Below the pieces are notes generated by a model. That model was given only the letters and a program-made list of their open reading frames with translations, did not search any database and had not been told where the DNA came from. A stretch of 64,000 bases of DNA from Macrostomum lignano (lineage: Eukaryota): assembly GCA_002269645.1 (NCBI GenBank), contig NIVC01002479.1:1-64000 (forward strand), written 5' to 3'. A program made the translations under genes and the position numbers. Positions 1-12,238 of this stretch are shown here, piece after piece. The stretch's first letter is position 1. Each line of letters opens with the position of its first letter.

Positions 1-1436
1 GCCATGCATTTCGATCGGAAGTATTTAAATTCCAATTAAATTTCAATACTTTTAATTGATTTATATGTCTGAAACTAGTTTAATGAAGAATGCCATTCAG
101 AAAATTGTCTAGAATTCAATAATTTAATTGTCAAACAAAATATATGGAAGTTGGGACTCTTCTGATCATTATCTAAATAACAGACCGGCTTTGTACGGCT
201 CGGAATTTATTTTAAAATTGAAAATTTCCGCGAAATGGCTTGTCCACGACCACGAGAGCACGAGCACGCATTGTGCACACACCTGTTTTTCTGTGTTACT
301 TATTACTCACAAGTGCTGGTGATGGAAGGTTCTTTGGTTCATTTTCTGAATGGTTTTTACTAATGTATAAGATGCTTTGTCGATGCGATATGTTGCGTAG
401 GAGCGTAGAGGAGAAGTCTAATAAAAATAAAATGCATAAAAAGCATTTACCTAAAATTAAAATACCTAATAAAGCTTTTTTAGAATGTAATGTTTTAGCA
501 TGACTAAAACCCCTGAATTAACCAAAACTACATACCAGAGTATAGGCCCATATAACTGAGCCTAACAAAATTGCTTTATCAATCATTTTTTGCATTAACT
601 AAGCTTACTTGCATATTGAATAGACCTATTTTATGTTATTTTTTGCTGTGACTAGGCTATTTATTGAAAAGATAGTATCGAGAAAAGAAAATGTTGCATG
701 TTTATATTAACCAGTTAAAATTTTGATATTTATTAAATGCAATGATTTTTTTAACTTTTGTTTGGTAATATACAAGTTAAATGCAATTGTTTAATATAAA
801 TCTAATCTAGGAATACTGTAAAGTTTTTCATATAATAGCAACTATTTTACTATTTTTTATTATGAAGTTTAAAAATAAAGTTTTAAGAAAGAATATTTTG
901 TTAATTGAATTTGCTATTTATAAATATCATATTTTATTAGTTTGATTAATGGGAATTTTATCAAGGTTATAATAATCAATATTCAATTACCAATTTTATT
1001 ATTAATTTCAAATTAAATTTTATTTATAAACAAATTTCCCTTTTTAGAATTCTATAGATATGGAAGTTAATTTTTTTAGACCTTTATATTTTTATAGGTT
1101 TGCTAATTTCCCCTTATACTCGTAATACTCCTAAACCCTAAATAGCAAAAATATTTTTTCTATATTCAATTTTTTCTCTATGCAATTCATTAAGAAATTT
1201 GACATGATCTTATAACTTCAAATCTCAAACTAATACCTTTAAAAATTCTTTATCCAGTTTTCTCTATTCTAATGTTATTAGTAATATGTAGAGTAGTTAT
1301 ATAGTGATTACTATAATCACAATTACTAAAGTCTAAATTTTTAAGAGAAAAAATATATTTAATAAAAACTTTTCACAGTTTGCAAACATTATCATAGGCC
1401 TAGCTAATTGCCATACATTACATAATCTGCTTTCAG

Positions 1437-2369
1437 GATGCACAACAGCAGCAGCAGCAGCAGCCACTGGCACATGCAAAGCCATCTGGTCAGAGCCAGC
1501 CAGTTGGCACCTTCCTGCCATTGCCCACCAGTGACAGTCCAGCTCGACCTCGCCACCTCGCTGTCGCCACTGGCCGCCTGATCTGCGAAGGCGAGGACAC
1601 CGGCGTCCTGGTTGACCTGCCAGGCGACACCGCAGTTCTGCGCGCTGGCGGCGCATTTGGCATCCTGTTGGATGCCGACTGCGGCAGCGATGAAGTGCAG
1701 CAGCAGCAGCAGCTGGCCAGGCGAAAGAGACAGGCAGTGCGAACTGACGGCGATGGCAGGTGTGGCCTCAGCACTGGTTGTGGGATGATGTCGCTGTAGA
1801 CATTGCACCAGGGTGACCACAAACCCATAATAGTAGTCATTATTATAATGGGTAGACTTGAAATGAAATGTCCAGTCCCCCTCTCTCCTCACCCCCCCCC
1901 CTCCAGCTTCGCCGGCCTGCAGCTCCTGCTGTCTCCAGCCGAGGCATTCTTCCTCATGTTCGCCTGCGGCGTCCTGCGCATTGCCGGGCTGACCTGCGCC
2001 CAGCTGTGGCTCCGCCTTCGTTCCGAGTTGCCCAGATTCGCCCAGCTGTACGCGGCCTACCAGCACTACCGATCGCGCGGCTGGGTGCCAAAGGATGGCG
2101 CCAGCGTTGGCGCCGATTTTCTACTGTACGCACAGGGCCCGGCGTTTTATCACGCCAGCTACGCTGTGCTGCTGCTGCCCGAGGAGCCCGACGGTCCAGC
2201 TAGCTCGTGGCGCGGCCGCCTCGCCGTTGCTCGCGTCGCCGAACGCTGCGGCCGTCGGCTGCTGCTCTGCCGCATCAGCTTGCAGGCCGCCGACCTTGAC
2301 GATCCGGCCGCCTGCGTGGCCTCAGCTCGGCTCCTGGAGACTTCGGTGACCAGGCTGTCTGGAGTGTGA
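1437..2369 (+). CDS. TSEN2: tRNA-splicing endonuclease subunit Sen2-like, 5' partial; join(<1437..1759,1907..2369)
   Basis: Acceptor tttcag|GAT at 1436/1437, donor cag|GTGTGG at 1760 and acceptor ctccag at 1906 form a consistent phase-2 intron. The translation has the N-terminal G-L-x-V-D-x-L-x-G-x-FG motif, LLLSPAEAFFLMFACGVL, and AYQHYRSRGWVPKDG..GADFLLYAQGPAFYHASYAV, typical of the Sen2/EndA fold. The start exon was not located. Confidence 0.9.
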
Positions 2370-2662
2370 CTGGCTGCCTGCAGTGTGACTGGCTGCCTGC
2401 AGTGTGACTGGCTGCCTGCAGTGTGACTGGCTGCCTGCAGTGTGACTGGCTGCCTGCAGTGTGACTGGCTGCCTGCAGTGTGACTGGCTGCCTGCAGTGT
2501 GACTGGCTGCCTGCAGTGTGACTGGCTGCCTGCAGTGTGACTGGCTGCCTGCAGTGTGACTGGCTGCCTGCAGTGTGACTGGCTGCCTGCAGTGTGACTG
2601 GCTGCCTGCAGTGTGACTGGCTGCCTGCAGTGTGACTGGCTGCCTGCAGTGTGACTGGCTGC
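2363..2662 (+). repeat. 19-bp minisatellite (AGTGTGACTGGCTGCCTGC) x~16 beginning at the TSEN2 stop codon
   Basis: Near-perfect tandem copies read directly; the TGA at 2367-2369 lies in the first unit. Confidence 0.97.
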
Positions 2663-3424
2663 TGGAAACTTGGGTGGCCAAGCTGCTTGAGGTTTCAGTG
2701 GTCACTGCCAAATGTGGCTGAAGACAAAGGCAAAAATTTATGAAAATGTTTCCATAACTTGTACGCATTTCCTATTGGCGATTCTATGTTGTTTTTTTTA
2801 ACAAATTAGCGTTTCTTTGCATACTACTCTTAGTAGAGAAGGTGCATGTAAATACATAAATGCCGAATTCATTCAGAAAAGGTTTTTCAATTTGTTTAAT
2901 CACTTTATTAATCTATTTTAATCAAAAAAATTTTTTTTCAATCAAATTTAAATAATTTCTCGAGAGCTCATGGCAATTCTTTAGCAAAAAATCTATAATC
3001 AACAAGCCAACTCTGAACTCCTTCCGGAAGCAAGTTTTCTGCAAAAAAATCATTCCATTTGTTTCAGCCTTTGCGCGTTATTGTTTATTGCGCATGGCTA
3101 AATCATGCTCCCATTCAGTAGACAAAGGTTTGTGGAGAAAACTGTAAATCTGGAAGTTTCGACTTTGGTCTCTCGTTGATTTTTTTGTTCAACTTTGAGT
3201 CGCTTTGGCGCCAAGCTGATTTCCCATCGCTCATCGGAGCCTGTCCGCTTTTTGTGCGCTGCAGCAGGAAACTCTGAGAGAGACTGGAGCGGCAGACAGG
3301 GACGCCTTGAAGTTATAGATGTCTGGATTGGTTATGGATCTCCGACTGGAAGGCGCTATCTAAAACTTATATAACTGACCCCTGAGCAGGAACACATACG
3401 TACGCAGGCACATGCTCACACAGG

Positions 3425-3623
3425 GGGCCGTATGCAGAAAGCTCTGTCTAGGGTAGTCCGGTCTTGAAAAGCTAGTCTGGACTCTGGACTTGGATTTGGT
3501 ATGCAGAAACAAAGTTAGACCGGTCTACTATAGACAGAACTAGGGTAGCTAAACCATAGACTATAGACTGAACTACCCAAGTCCGGACTAGCTAGTCTGG
3601 ACTAAGCTTTCTGCATACGGCCC
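3425..3623. mobile_element. ~200-bp MITE, PIF/Harbinger-like
   Basis: Perfect 19-bp TIR GGGCCGTATGCAGAAAGCT (3425-3443) / AGCTTTCTGCATACGGCCC (3605-3623), extending imperfectly inward. AGG flanks both sides (3-bp TSD); an alternative reading is a 5-bp CAGGG TSD with GGCC termini. No ORF. Confidence 0.8.
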
Positions 3624-4479
3624 AGGGTGTACGGCGCCCTGACTTTGTCACCGTCAGGCTCCTTGGGTGCTAGCTCTCTTGGACTATCGCGCAAGTTCCA
3701 GCTCTCGTGACCAATTTCCGTGCACGAGTCCGAAATTAACCCAGATGTAAGACGTGAAACGTAAAGCAGGGCTGGCCATAGACTATCGCTGCCGTCTCAG
3801 CACTCTGCTATGCAAAGCCTTCATAGCCGGGACTTCGGTTTACAATTCATCATTGAGTCCCGTTTTTGCCAGTCCAGATTCTATTCCCTAGGACTCCCTG
3901 TGGGGAGAGCTCTCTCACGAAATTGCAGTGGATGGGTTAGTGGGGTGGAGTTTTGCCTAAAAAAAGCTTTCTTTTCGATTGTTGCTTCATGCTTTTTTAT
4001 TGCCGCGCTCTGCCCCACCGCCCTGAGGCAGGGAGCTTTAGTAATTTATTAACTGGATTTATTAAAATTTTCCCAAATGTCAAATTTTCAGTTCATGCAA
4101 ACAGGTGAGTGTCAGCGTCAGCTTTTACTAACAGTTATCAAAGCTAACTTTTGGTCAATCCATTTTTATAAACATTGAGTTCTCTTTGAGGTTTACAGGG
4201 TCGGGAAATTTCTCTAACCCAGATCTTTACTTGTGTTCTCCATGGTCCTGCCACCAGATCCGTGCACTCAACAAAGCGAGTTCCTCTTTCCTTGGTTCAC
4301 TCTCTGCTTTGTCTGCTTGCACCCCACGAGACCCGCAATCAAGACGGACTCAGCCAATTCAGCTAAATGGAGGGGCAAGGGTCAAGGATGTAGGACTTGA
4401 TGAGGCAGCGACAACTTCTAGCGATGAGATTTTGATGCGATCGACTACTTCTAGATTAGAGATTTTTATGTGATTGAAT

Positions 4480-4755
4480 ACTTCTAGAGATGAGATTTTG
4501 AAGACCATTTTTAGTAGAGAGATGGTAGAGCCAAGTAGAGGAGAAATGGATGTGATTGACTACTTCTAGATGAGAGATTTTGATGCAATCGACTACCTCT
4601 AGATTAGAGATTTTGATGTGATTGACTACTTCTAGATGAGAGATTTTGATGTGATTGACTACTTCTAGATTAGAGATTTTGATGTGATTGACTACTTCTA
4701 GATTAGAGATTTTGATGTGGTTGACTACTTCTAGAGATGAGCTTTTGATGTGATG
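4480..4755. repeat. degenerate ~33-bp tandem repeat (GATGTGATTGACTACTTCTAGATTAGAGATTTT)
   Basis: ATTGACTAC recurs at 33-bp spacing (e.g. 4621, 4654). Confidence 0.85.
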
Positions 4756-5446
4756 GACTATTTTTAAGGACGCTTTTTCGACTTTAAGATAGCTATTTGA
4801 TATCTTGGAAAAGGTTTTTTTTCAGGTAGTTGACTATCAAACAATCAATATAAATTTAGACTTTAAAGTTAGGCTTAGAGGAGAAATTGATCCATTGCCA
4901 ACGCTGTCGCATCAAGTTATTGAGCCGGTGAACTTTAGCGGTCAGGCATAGCTAGTGCAAGTAGCAGGTTAGTCAATTTGCTTCTGGCTGCGATGACACG
5001 CCAATGCGCTGAAACAATCAATGTCAGTCAGGGCCTCCGCTGATGCTGCTCCACTTGACCGATCAGGCTCTCCATGCCTTGAGCAGCCCGCAGCTTGGAT
5101 AGGCAGGACAGAGAGTTGTCTGGCTGCCTCGAGCATGTCCACCCCGGTCGTGGAGTGGCCACTGTGTGAAATGCAGAACTTTTTTCTTGGACACACGCGG
5201 GACGACAAATTTGGAGTGTCTGCTCAGAGATGTAGTATTATAGTTTAGTTGTAGGGCTCTGCTGGGAAACTGGTAATTTTTAGAATAGAAGGCAGCAAGC
5301 CCTGACTTGTGTCTGTGCCAATGGTCAAATTCAGGATCATCAATAAAGTCATCTGCATTGGTTTCTAACTCTCGACAAAGAAAAGTTAACGCACTGAAAC
5401 GTCACACAAACCTGATTGCATATCATTTCAGCCTGTTTATAAAATT

Positions 5447-5680
5447 TCAGCTATAATCACCACTGCTCATAGCCTCTGTGCTCACGGTCTCTTGGCTGAT
5501 CACGCTGTGCCAAGTGGTACCACGGTGAATGGTTAAACTGACCAATCTCCATGATTTAAGTCCTTTCTCAGCCAGTTTCACCAAACATAATTGAGTTGTG
5601 TCACAAATTCTTGACGGCTTGTTGGACACGATTTCGAAGAAAGCTAACCCGATATGCAAACAGTTCTTTTTTGGCACTGA
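5447..5680 (+). pseudogene. possible degraded Tc1/mariner transposase fragment
   Basis: One frame reads IITTAHSLCAHGLLADHAVPSGTTVNG* then FKSFLSQ, resembling the mariner segment (YD.DGVILTHAVP.GTTVNA.YYKSFL). It has stops and no TIRs were seen. Confidence 0.3.
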
Positions 5681-5857
5681 TATTGACTTTGTAGATTATA
5701 GCATTATTGACTCAGTGGCCTAGAATTAATGTGCCGTGTGAATTCAACCATGTGTGGCTCCGAGTCCAAAGGCACTGATCTCTATGCCAGAAGAATATTC
5801 AAAGGCTTAAGAAAGAAAAGGGAGACTGCTGAAGCTTGCAAGCTTTCTGAACTATCT

Positions 5858-7322
5858 CTGACAGATCTGTGAATTCCTGCTGGCAGATCTGTGAATTCCT
5901 GCTGGCAGATCTGTGAATTCCTGCTGGCAGATCTGTGAATTCCTGCTGGCAGATCTGTGAATTCCTGCTGGCAGATCTGTGAATTCCTGCTGGCAGATCT
6001 GTGAATTCCTGCTGACAGATCTGTGAATTCCTGCTGGCAGATCTGTGAATTCCTGCTGGCAGATCTGTGAATTCCTGCTGGCAGATCTGTGAATTCCTGC
6101 TGGCAGATCTGTGAATTCCTGCTGGCAGATCTGTGAATTCCTGCTGGCAGATCTGTGAATTCCTGCTGGCAGATCTGTGAATTCCTGCTGGCAGATCTGT
6201 GAATTCCTGCTGGCAGATCTGTGAATTCCTGCTGGCAGATCTGTGAATTCCTGCTGGCAGATCTGTGAATTCCTGCTGGCAGATCTGTGAAATGTTTCTG
6301 ACAGACCTGTGAAATCATTCTGACAGATCTGTGAATGTTTCTGACAGACCTGTGAAATCATTCTGACAGATCTGTGAAATGTTTCTGACAGATCTGTGAA
6401 TTCCTGCTGACAGATCTGGGAAATGCTTCTGACAGATCTGTGAATTCCTGCTGACAGATCTGTGAACTATTTCTGACAGATCTGTGAATTCCCGCTGACA
6501 GATCTATGAATTCCCGCTGACAGATCTGTGAATTCCTGCTAATAGATCTGTGAATTCCTGCTGATAGATCTGTGAATTACTGCTGATAGATCTGTGAATT
6601 ACTGCTGATAGATTTGTGAATTACTGCTGACAGATCTGTGAATTCCTGCTGATAGATCTGTGAATTACTGCTGACAGATTTGTGAATTACTGCTGACAGA
6701 TCTGTGAATTCCTGCTGACAGATCTGTGAATTCCTGCTGGCAGATCTGTGAAATGTTTCTGACAGATCTGTAAAATGTTTCTGAAAGATTTGTAAAATGT
6801 TTCTGACAGACCTGTGAAATGTTTCTGACAGACCTGTGAAATCATTCTGACAGATCTGTGAAATGTTTCTGACAGATCTGGGAAATGCTTCTGACAGATC
6901 TGGGAAATGCTTCTGACAGATCTGGGAAATGCTTCTGACAGATCTGTGAATTCCTGCTGACAGATCTGTGAACTATTTCTGACAGATCTGTGAACTATTT
7001 CTGACAGATCTGTGAATTCCTGCTGACAGATCTGTGAACTATTTCTGACAGATCTGTGAATTCCCGCTGACAGATCTATGAATTCCCGCTGACAGATCTG
7101 TGAATTCCTGCTAATAGATCTGTGAATTCCTGCTGATAGATCTGTGAATTACTGCTGATAGATCTGTGAATTCCTGCTAATAGATCTGTGAATTCCTGCT
7201 GATAGATCTGTGAATTACTGCTGATAGATCTGTGAAGTCCTGCTGACAGATCTGTGAATTCCTGCTGATAGATCTGTGAATTACTGCTGACAGATCTGTG
7301 AATTCTTGCTGACAGATCTGTG
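5858..7322. repeat. 22-bp minisatellite (GGCAGATCTGTGAATTCCTGCT and variants), ~65 copies
   Basis: Homogeneous block at ~5860-6290 followed by variant-rich copies. Confidence 0.97.
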
Positions 7323-7749
7323 ATCACCTTTCGTGAATGAAGTTTCAGTTAGATAGAACGATTACAAAATGTGCAGCTCTAGGCAAGGCGGGTTAAAATT
7401 TGATCAACGGTTCATTCAGTGTTGTGAGGATAAACTTAGATCTGAGGCAGAATCAACTTTCTTTAACTTTTTTTTGCCAGGGGTTTTGGTGTCGCATTTC
7501 AGCTACTTAGTTGATGGGGAATTGGCTAAACTTGATAGATCTCATTGCTTCTCGACCTTCGCAGGCTAAAGTGCCAGCGATAATTCAAAACATTTTGGCC
7601 TGAGGTCTCCGTAGCATGTAGATGAGTTGAATATGAAGCTTGTACGAGTCGTAGATAGAGAAGTCTTTGCAAACGTGCTCAAGTACGCATTGGCTGATCT
7701 GATAGGACTTACTTTTTGAGTTGGGTTGCTTCGAAATATCACAGTATTA

Positions 7750-7915
7750 CGGATGTAAATTGGGTATCGTCATAGCGTCACGGATGTAAATTGGGTATCG
7801 TCAAAGCGTCACGGATGTAAATTGGGTATCTTCATAGCGTCACGGATGTAAATTGGGTATCGTCAAAGCGTCACGGATGTAAATTGGGCATCTCCCTCAT
7901 GTCACGGATGTAAAA
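7750..7915. repeat. 31-bp tandem repeat (GTCACGGATGTAAATTGGGTATCGTCATAGC) x~5
   Basis: CGGATGTAAA recurs at 7750, 7781 and onward. Confidence 0.9.
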
Positions 7916-8384
7916 TGCCCCAAAAATCTGACTCCTAATCAACATTGGCAGCCATGCAGTGCGCACTGAGATTTCTGTATCCATCGCTCGAGTCCAATTT
8001 CCAATGCAAAGAGATGTGCGGCATTGTAAATTATGAGTCTTAGCGGGCTAAAACAGAGTGTTAGGCCGCCTAATCTCCAATCTACTCCCGGATTCAGCTG
8101 AAGAGAAAATGCATTCCAAGATGAGGGAGAAAAAGATTTATTTCCTTTCTTGGCCAGATCCAAGCATTTGCATAGGCTTGGCTCTTCTCATTACCTCTTC
8201 TCGAATACCAATATTGCAGTGGATTGTCCAATGATTCCGGTGCACTTGGCTGTTTTTATTGTTTTGTACTTGACGTTTTTAATTTGTAGTATTGATACAT
8301 TTTTATAAGTGAGTTTACGCATTATCACTTGAGTTCGAACTGCTAAAATGCCCTGGACTAAACTCGAGATGGCTTCAGATTCCG

Positions 8385-10134
8385 GCAGTCATAAACTACA
8401 GATTGTGGCAGTCATAAACTACAGATTGTGACAGTCATAAACTACAGATTGTGACAGTTAAACTACAGATTGTGACAGTCATAAACTAAAGATTGTGACA
8501 GTCAAACTACAGATTTTGACAGTCAAACTACAGATTGTGACAGTCATAAACTACAGATTGTGACAGTTAAACTACAGATTGTGACAGTCATAAACTAAAG
8601 ATTGTGACAGTCAAACTACAGATTTTGACAGTCAAACTACAGATTGTGACAGTTAAACTACAGATTGTGACAGTCATAAACTAAAGATTGTGACAGTCAT
8701 AAACTACAGATGGTGACAGTCATAAACTACAGATTGTGACAGTTAAACTACAGATTGTGACAGTCATAAACTACAGATTGTGACAGTCATAAACTACAGA
8801 TTGTGACAGTCATAAACTGCAGATCTCTGACAGTCATAAACTGCAGATCTCTGACAGTCATAAACTGCAGATCTCTGACAGTCATAAACTGCAGATCTCT
8901 GACAGTCATAAACTGCAGATCTCTGACAGTAAAAAACTACAGGTCTCTGGCAGTCATAAACTGCAGATCTCTGACAGTCATAAACTGCAGATCTCTGACA
9001 GTCATAAACTGCAGATCTCTGACAGTCATAAACTGCAGATCTCTGACAGTCATAAACTGCAGATCTCTGACAGTAAAAAACAACAGGTCTCTGACAGTCA
9101 TAAACTGCAGATCTCTGACAGTAAAAAACTACAGGTCTCTGACAGTCATAAACTGCAGATCTCTGACAGTCATAAACTGCAGATCTCTGACAGTAAAAAA
9201 CTACAGATCTCTGACAGTCATAAACTGCAGATCTCTGACAGTCATAAACTGCAGATCTCTGACAGTCATAAACTGCAGATCTCTGACAGTCATAAACTGC
9301 AGATCTCTGACAGTCATAAACTGCAGATCTCTGACAGTCATAAACTGCAGATCTCTGACAGTCATAAACTGCAGATCTCTGATGACAGTCATAAGCTGCA
9401 AATCTCTGACAGTCATAAACTGCAGATCTCTGACAGTCATAAACTGCAGATCTCTGACAGTCATAAACTGCAGATCTCTGACAGTCATAAACTGCAGATC
9501 TCTGACAGTAAAAAACTACAGGTCTCTGACAGTCATAAACTGCAGATCTCTGACAGTCATAAACTGCAAATCTCCGACAGTCATAAACTACAGATCTCTG
9601 ACAGTCATAAACTGCAGATCTCTGACAGTCATAAACTGCAGATCTCTGACAGTCTTAAACTGCAGATCTCTGACAGTCATAAACTGCAGATCTCTGACAG
9701 TCATAAACTGCAGATCTCTGACAGTGAAAAACTACAGATCTCTGACAGTCATAAACTGCAGATCTCTGACAGTCATAAACTGCAGATCTCTGACAGTCAT
9801 AAACTGCAGATCTCTGACAGTCATAAACTGCAGATCTCTGACAGTCATAAACTGCAGATCTCTGATGACAGTCATAAACTGCAAATCTCTGACAGTCATA
9901 AACTGCAGATCTCTGACAGTCATAAACTGCAGATCTCTGACAGTCATAAACTGCAGATCTCTGATGAAAGTCATAAACTGCAGATCTCTGACAGTCATAA
10001 ACTGCAAATCTCTGACAGTCATAAACTGCAGATCTCTGACAGTCATAAACTGCAGATCTCTGACAGTCATAAACTGCAGATCTCTGACAGTCATAAACTG
10101 CAGATCTCTGACAGTAAAAAACTACAGGTCTCTG
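8385..10134. repeat. composite minisatellite: 23/20-bp GTCATAAACTACAGATTGTGACA (to ~8815), then 24-bp GTCATAAACTGCAGATCTCTGACA
   Basis: Read directly; the 24-bp period explains the spurious 597-aa TVINCRSL ORF. Confidence 0.97.
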
Positions 10135-11835
10135 TCCTACCGCCTTTATCTTACAAAGCTGCCCGCTCACCATTTGCAAACCTCGGATTCAGCATTTGTC
10201 AGTCTAAAAAAGTTGCTACTTTCAGCGAAGTCGGGCAAACTTCCCCTATGCAAACGAGGTCTTCGAGCTTTGCTGACCGACTGTCTGATTGAGCAGAGAA
10301 GACTGAAAGACAGAAATATGGGGGACGGGGCGGTTGCGAGCGAAGCCCAAGACTCATGCGGATCGGCCAGCGGCTTAAGACTCGAGCCTGCGGGCTTGCA
10401 TCTTCAACAATGCAAAGAGGCAAAGAAAGATCCCGGAGCCAGATTAAAAGAAAGAGCCAGTGAAGGGCCGGGCAGGCAGCGAGAGGGCGGAACCAGACCG
10501 TGGCGGATGCAACTGTTGGGTGGGGAATTAAGCGAATTCATGGACCACCAACGAGAGGAGGTGGCTAAACGAGCTAGCAGGCGGTTGAAGAGATGATCCC
10601 GAAACAGTTTTGCTGAGGGATCTGCAGCCATTCGCCGCTGTATAGCTGGCTAGGATAATATTGTATGGCCTGGACTGTGGGAAAAAGTGCAGATGGGGCT
10701 GGGCTTATAATTCTCGGTTTCCAGGCGGCCTAGACAAGACAGATATGAATTTATAACCCCCTCCCCACCTTGCCCCCGGCCGTGAGTCTGTCACGCCATG
10801 CTTTCGTTTATTTGCCTCCGCCTCGAAGGCGGAAAACCAAATGAGATTTGGCCATAGACTGCATGTCTGACATACCATTGTCATGGGCAACTCAGATTTC
10901 TTGGGGTTTGACCATAGACAAATCGAATGCTGCGGCCTTCTGCTTCAGTTGTCCATGGCCATAGTCCCCATTATTATTTAGTAGTCTATGACAGCAATCA
11001 GTGACAGCAATAGAACAGCATTTACTCTTCTATGGAAATTTGTGACAAGTTTCGTTGGAGTTCAGCTTTGAAGTCTTTGAAGTGTGGGACGGTGTCACCC
11101 ACAGCCTCCTTGAGTATGCATGTACTAGTTTTTCAAGTCCCCTTTCCTCTCCATCTTCACATTCCCAAGTTCTTCTCGTCTTAGCCCGTATTTAAGCGAG
11201 TTGAGCGAAACCAAGCGAATCCAGCTAGCAAAGTCTTGTAAAAGTTGAAGAGTTTACGTTTGACTTGACTGCCAAGCCTTCTTGACACGGTTCATGGACT
11301 ACTAATGTGAACTGTGTACAGTGAACAGCGCCACGTAGATTTCATGGACTACACTTATTATACCATGAGCAGTGTACAGTGCCATATAGACACCATGGAC
11401 TACTAGTTTAGCGACGGTTAGCGTTGGTATTATCGTTCATCCATGGTAACAATTCAACTCTCTACATGCAATAATTAGTACCGCATTGATAGTCGGATGG
11501 CAATTAAGATGGAGATTGACAGCTGTGAGCTGGGGTAGATAATATCTAGAGAATGCAGAGATATCATAGCGACCATAGCAAATCAGGTTTGTACAGAATC
11601 GGGCACAGAAATTGATTACAGGGTCCTTCGCTGTTGGCGTGACAGCAGATTCTGGCCGAATCGCGTGTGGCAGCCGCTGGTGTGCGTGTGTTTCACTTGC
11701 CCAGCGCTGCCCTGCTGCTGGCTCTGCTTCATCATGGGCTTGGATCTGTTGGGAGCTGGGCGATTGATTTGCGGGGACAGACTCAAGCAGACTGTGCAGA
11801 CTTTGCTTTTGTAGTTGTTTAGGGCTTTGACACTT

Positions 11836-12238
<403 letters not shown>

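Noticed and set aside
1-1400. AT-rich stretch as a mitochondrial insertion
   Set aside because: No recognisable mitochondrial protein, rRNA or tRNA motifs; most likely TSEN2 intron or upstream DNA.
8803-10596. 597-aa ORF (TVINCRSL)n
   Set aside because: Product of a 24-bp stop-free satellite; the non-repetitive tail has no recognisable domain.
11437-11790. ~118-codon stop-free frame on the minus strand
   Set aside because: No start codon, no recognisable motif and no phase-consistent partner exon found.
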